DNA from: an uncultured virus (IMG/VR IMGVR_UViG_3300025280_000025)
Taxonomy: Duplodnaviria > Heunggongvirae > Uroviricota > Caudoviricetes
Length of the DNA: 64,000 nucleotides
IMG/VR virus record: IMGVR_UViG_3300025280_000025
Direction: 5' to 3' (one strand)
Part shown: positions 60,523 to 64,000 of the stretch, in pieces
Layout: each line of letters begins with the position of its first letter
How positions within the stretch are numbered: the stretch's first letter is position 1
Program-made: the position numbers and the translations under genes
The notes under the pieces: generated by a model
What the model saw: only the letters and a program-made list of their open reading frames with translations
What the model was told of the DNA's origin: nothing
Databases searched by the model: none

Positions 60523-63500
60523 GTTCCTCTATACTCCATAGTCTTGAATACGCACATGAACTTTCCCCTCTTCTGTTAGAGAGCATGAAAGAGGGATTTA
60601 AGATGAAACGGGAGAGGGACTCCACATTACAGGGGAGGTGGGGATATCCCTTTCAAAGGTATCAAAAAGGACCCTCGTGGTTTTCGGATGCCCAATTCAA
60701 TATTATTGAAGAACAAATGCCTCCCTCTGTTGTTAATGTCGGAGACGACGAACCAGCAGAAGAACTTGTAGGACCTCAAGGACCTCCGGGACTTCTGGGA
60801 ATTCCGGGAGAGGATGGTCCCGATGATGGTCTTGCAGAAGGATACATAGTAATAACCCAATCCAATATGCTTGGTGGAGATAAATGGCAGATTATTCCTA
60901 CTGATGGATCTCCTTCTTATTACGAAATTGAATGCGGTCCTGGTGCTGATTTTGAGGCTGATCATAATACCTTATATGGTAATCAAATAACTGCCGGAAA
61001 TATGGTAGTCGCTTGGAATGCTATTGCTAGTGCAGACTTCTTTGTGGAGGATGCAGGTGTTGTTGAGGGTACAGATAACGAGTGGGGTGGTCCTTATTGG
61101 AAGGTAAAACTCACACAACTTACTGCAGGTACAGCAGGAAATACCGTAATAACTCATATCGACTATTATCCTGCCCAAGATCATGGAGGTCAGTATCTTA
61201 TAGATTTTGTAGGAGGAAGCTCTTCGGGTACTACTGCGGGACCTACAGGTGAAACTGGAGACACAGGATCAACAGGACCAAGAGGACCACGAGGTTTTAT
61301 GGGGAGACCGGGACCAAAAGGATACCCCGGAGAGACGGGTATTGGAGGAAAATTTGCACCTGTGGGATCTGCTGGTCCACGAGGAGATACAGGATCTACG
61401 GGATCAACTGGTCCGAGAGGAGCAAGGGGAGACACGGGAACACTAGGTTCAACAGGGGAGACAGGGGAGACAGGGGATACAGGATCAACGGGTCCTCCCT
61501 TTGCAGACGAATCAAAATGTGATTGTTGTATAGGTGCAGATCCCGATGTAGACCCACAAGTTTGGATTAAATTTCCAGATCCTCTTATTCCTCCTCCTAC
61601 TTCTGTTTGGACGAACACTTCTGGTTTTTCGTTGTTAGCCTTTTTGTATTTTGAAAACAAAGGAATCAAGTATCTAGTTGATATCTTTGATATAAAACCC
61701 TTTTCTATAGATCCTGTTTTAGCACAAAATATTTATACTGATTTTGATGCTGATGAATGTGCCCAATTGGGTTCCGACAAAGCGGGTATAGTTTATGATC
61801 CCGCTAATGATCCAGAGGTTACAAATGGTAGTGGATTTTGTGGGTGTACAGATTGTGAAACCTCTAGATTGTACTATGAAGGATTACTACCAGATGATGA
61901 TGACTGTCAAAAGGGAATCCAAAAAATTAATAGTGCAGGTATCTATGTAGTTTCAGATCTTGATTACACTCCCGATTGGGACGAGGACTTTCTAAGAAAT
62001 AATTTCATTCAGTGTGAAGAAATATCATGTCAAAATTTGGGTTGTCCTGGGGTTCCTCCCGGTGGGGGAGGCTCATTTCCACCTTGTGAAGAAAGGTTTC
62101 CAGGTAGTGTTTGGGAAATGGGTGATAGTGATGGGGGTCTTGTATGGCAGAATCCAATGTCGGATTGTGGTCTACAAAATAATACTCCTAGATGTTGGCC
62201 CGCAGAAGTTATAGATTATTATCAAAACGATGGTAATTGTTGTCGGAATGAAAATTGGAATTGTAAACCCGTAGATACAGTCACAGAATTAGGTGAAGTT
62301 TTGGGACTGCCTATACCTCAAGTTTGGCAAGATGAACTGGGTTGGTCCTCTACAGGAATTATTTCGGCAACGCTTCTTCATGAACATTATCCTAACGACA
62401 CTCTTTTCTCGGTAGATCTTAATTGCGCACACCGATTTTGTGATGGTAACATATTGCCTCCTTTAGATCCTGATTCCACACAAGATTGTCCAGAACCACC
62501 AGAAGGGAACTGCATTAAATCTGAAACTTGTTGTCCAGAAGCTCTTTTGAGCTTCTTTTATGGTCTCGGAGTAAATTACAGCAGAAATTGTGCTAGCGAT
62601 GACGTAGGCGGGAACTCGTATTATGATAGTGAACCTTGGTGTGCCAATGAGTACTATCATCACTGTGCGACACGAGATAATATATGGGATGCTCACGGAT
62701 GGTATGCTCAACCGCTGTATTGGGTTGGTCATTGGGGGAACAGATGGTCTACTGAAACATCTGGCAACAAGTGTCTGATGTTAGGGCATCAAGGTCCTTG
62801 TGGTTCTTGTTATTCGTCCTGTGTACTCCAAGGTTGTTTTGGAGAAGGTACAAGGTTTGTAACTGCAATTAATAGTGGGTGTCTGGAGACATTCCCTTCC
62901 GTCCAAACTTTTGTAGGTTTTCCTTTCCCCTTAGTTTTAAATGGAAATGTTCTTTGTCAAAGTTTTAAGGTATGGGCAGAAGGGAGTGGAGAGTATTCTG
63001 TGCCTCCTCCTATAGATTTCTTAGCAGATAATGAAGTCGATATTGGGATTTTAACTATAACCGGATGGAACGAAGTTGACTTAATTGCTTCAGATGGTTG
63101 GTCTACCACTGATCCTCATCCCGAATCTTTGGGATATGGAACAGGTGCTGCCTATCATGATAATGGTCCACACGCGGGTATACCTAAAGGGTCAATGAAA
63201 ACACCATTCTTCATGCATCATGTGGCTTCTCCTTGGGATCTTATTTATGATAATTCAATAGACATCTTTTATGCCCATATGTGGCATGCTGGTGCCTACG
63301 GTAAAACTACTCCCCTTCAAGATCCTGAGTGGCATGAGGGAGGGATCATGATGGAAGACGGCTTTGTTGAAGTGAACGGAGGCAGTGAACCTGGGTTCTT
63401 TGGAGATCAACCTTTAACTACAAGACTTAAAACGTTATTTCCTGATACAATTGATCCCGATGATCTTGCAATGTGGTACCACGATATAGATTCTAATGCT

Positions 63501-64000
63501 ATATTGCATGCTGGTTCGGGAACATTCGTATATACTCTTACTGATTACACCATAGATGGTTGTTGTACAGAAGGAATCGAACAACTAACTCCTTGTACTA
63601 ATCCTATAGTTAAACCTCTTCCTGTAACTGTAACTGCTCCGTGGGTTGCCTATGCGGAAGATTCTGGTTGTGAGGATTGTACGGAGGGATACTATCTCTC
63701 TATAACAGGAACAGTAGAGCCAGCTTTCCAATCCTCCCAGTGGAATCCTTTCTGTGAACTTCATATAACTTGTGAAATAGAATTTGAGGACCTAAGGTGT
63801 AACTTTAGTGAATCTTGTGGTGTTACAACACGACCTTATAGTGAAGAATCCACTCTACAAGGTTGTTCTGATGGAGGTTCTAAAACAAAATTTTCTAGTG
63901 CTAATCCTTACTATGAAAATGTATTTACAGAGGATTCGTCTGATATCTTTGATGGGATAAAACTAACATTTAATCCTGCTCTTGTAGGTTCGGCTATATC
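60519..64000 (+). CDS. Large collagen-containing, Cys-rich fibre/adhesin, runs off the window (not in track)
   Basis: ATGA overlap; open for ~1160 codons by manual reading ([11 protein letters not shown]...); two Gly-X-Y tracts and many CC/CxxC motifs. Confidence 0.8.

Overview
The window is entirely tailed-phage DNA and appears to hold parts of two different phage genomes joined near 28.1-28.3 kb. Segment A (1 to ~28.1 kb, all on the minus strand) is a T7-like Autographiviridae-type genome. Read right to left it has small early genes, DUF932, single-subunit RNA polymerase, phosphoesterase, SSB, RusA, primase-helicase, a sulfotransferase-like gene, family A DNA polymerase, dNMP kinase, exonuclease, class II RNR, an expanded array of small proteins with a shared basic C-terminal motif, portal, head-spike/decoration genes, scaffold, major capsid and tail tubular A. 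Segment B (~28.3 to 64 kb) is an unrelated phage with two divergent arms. Its leftward arm has an SF3 helicase, a putative origin, early genes, DUF932, UDG, a second PolA, ERCC4 nuclease, a membrane cassette, exonuclease, AAA ATPase and SSB. Its rightward arm has terminase, portal, scaffold, a second major capsid, a triplicated adaptor-like protein and collagen/Cys-rich fibres. The core modules are unrelated, yet the two segments share (i) a lipoprotein + small-TM + coiled-coil-TM membrane gene set, (ii) a virion beta-domain, and (iii) several families of compact intergenic pseudoknot/junction RNA modules. The RNA modules show compensatory changes, occur in shuffled tandem arrays, and one family appears circularly permuted. 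These RNA arrays are my best candidate for an undescribed system. All calls come from motif recognition by eye; no database searches or folding programs were run.
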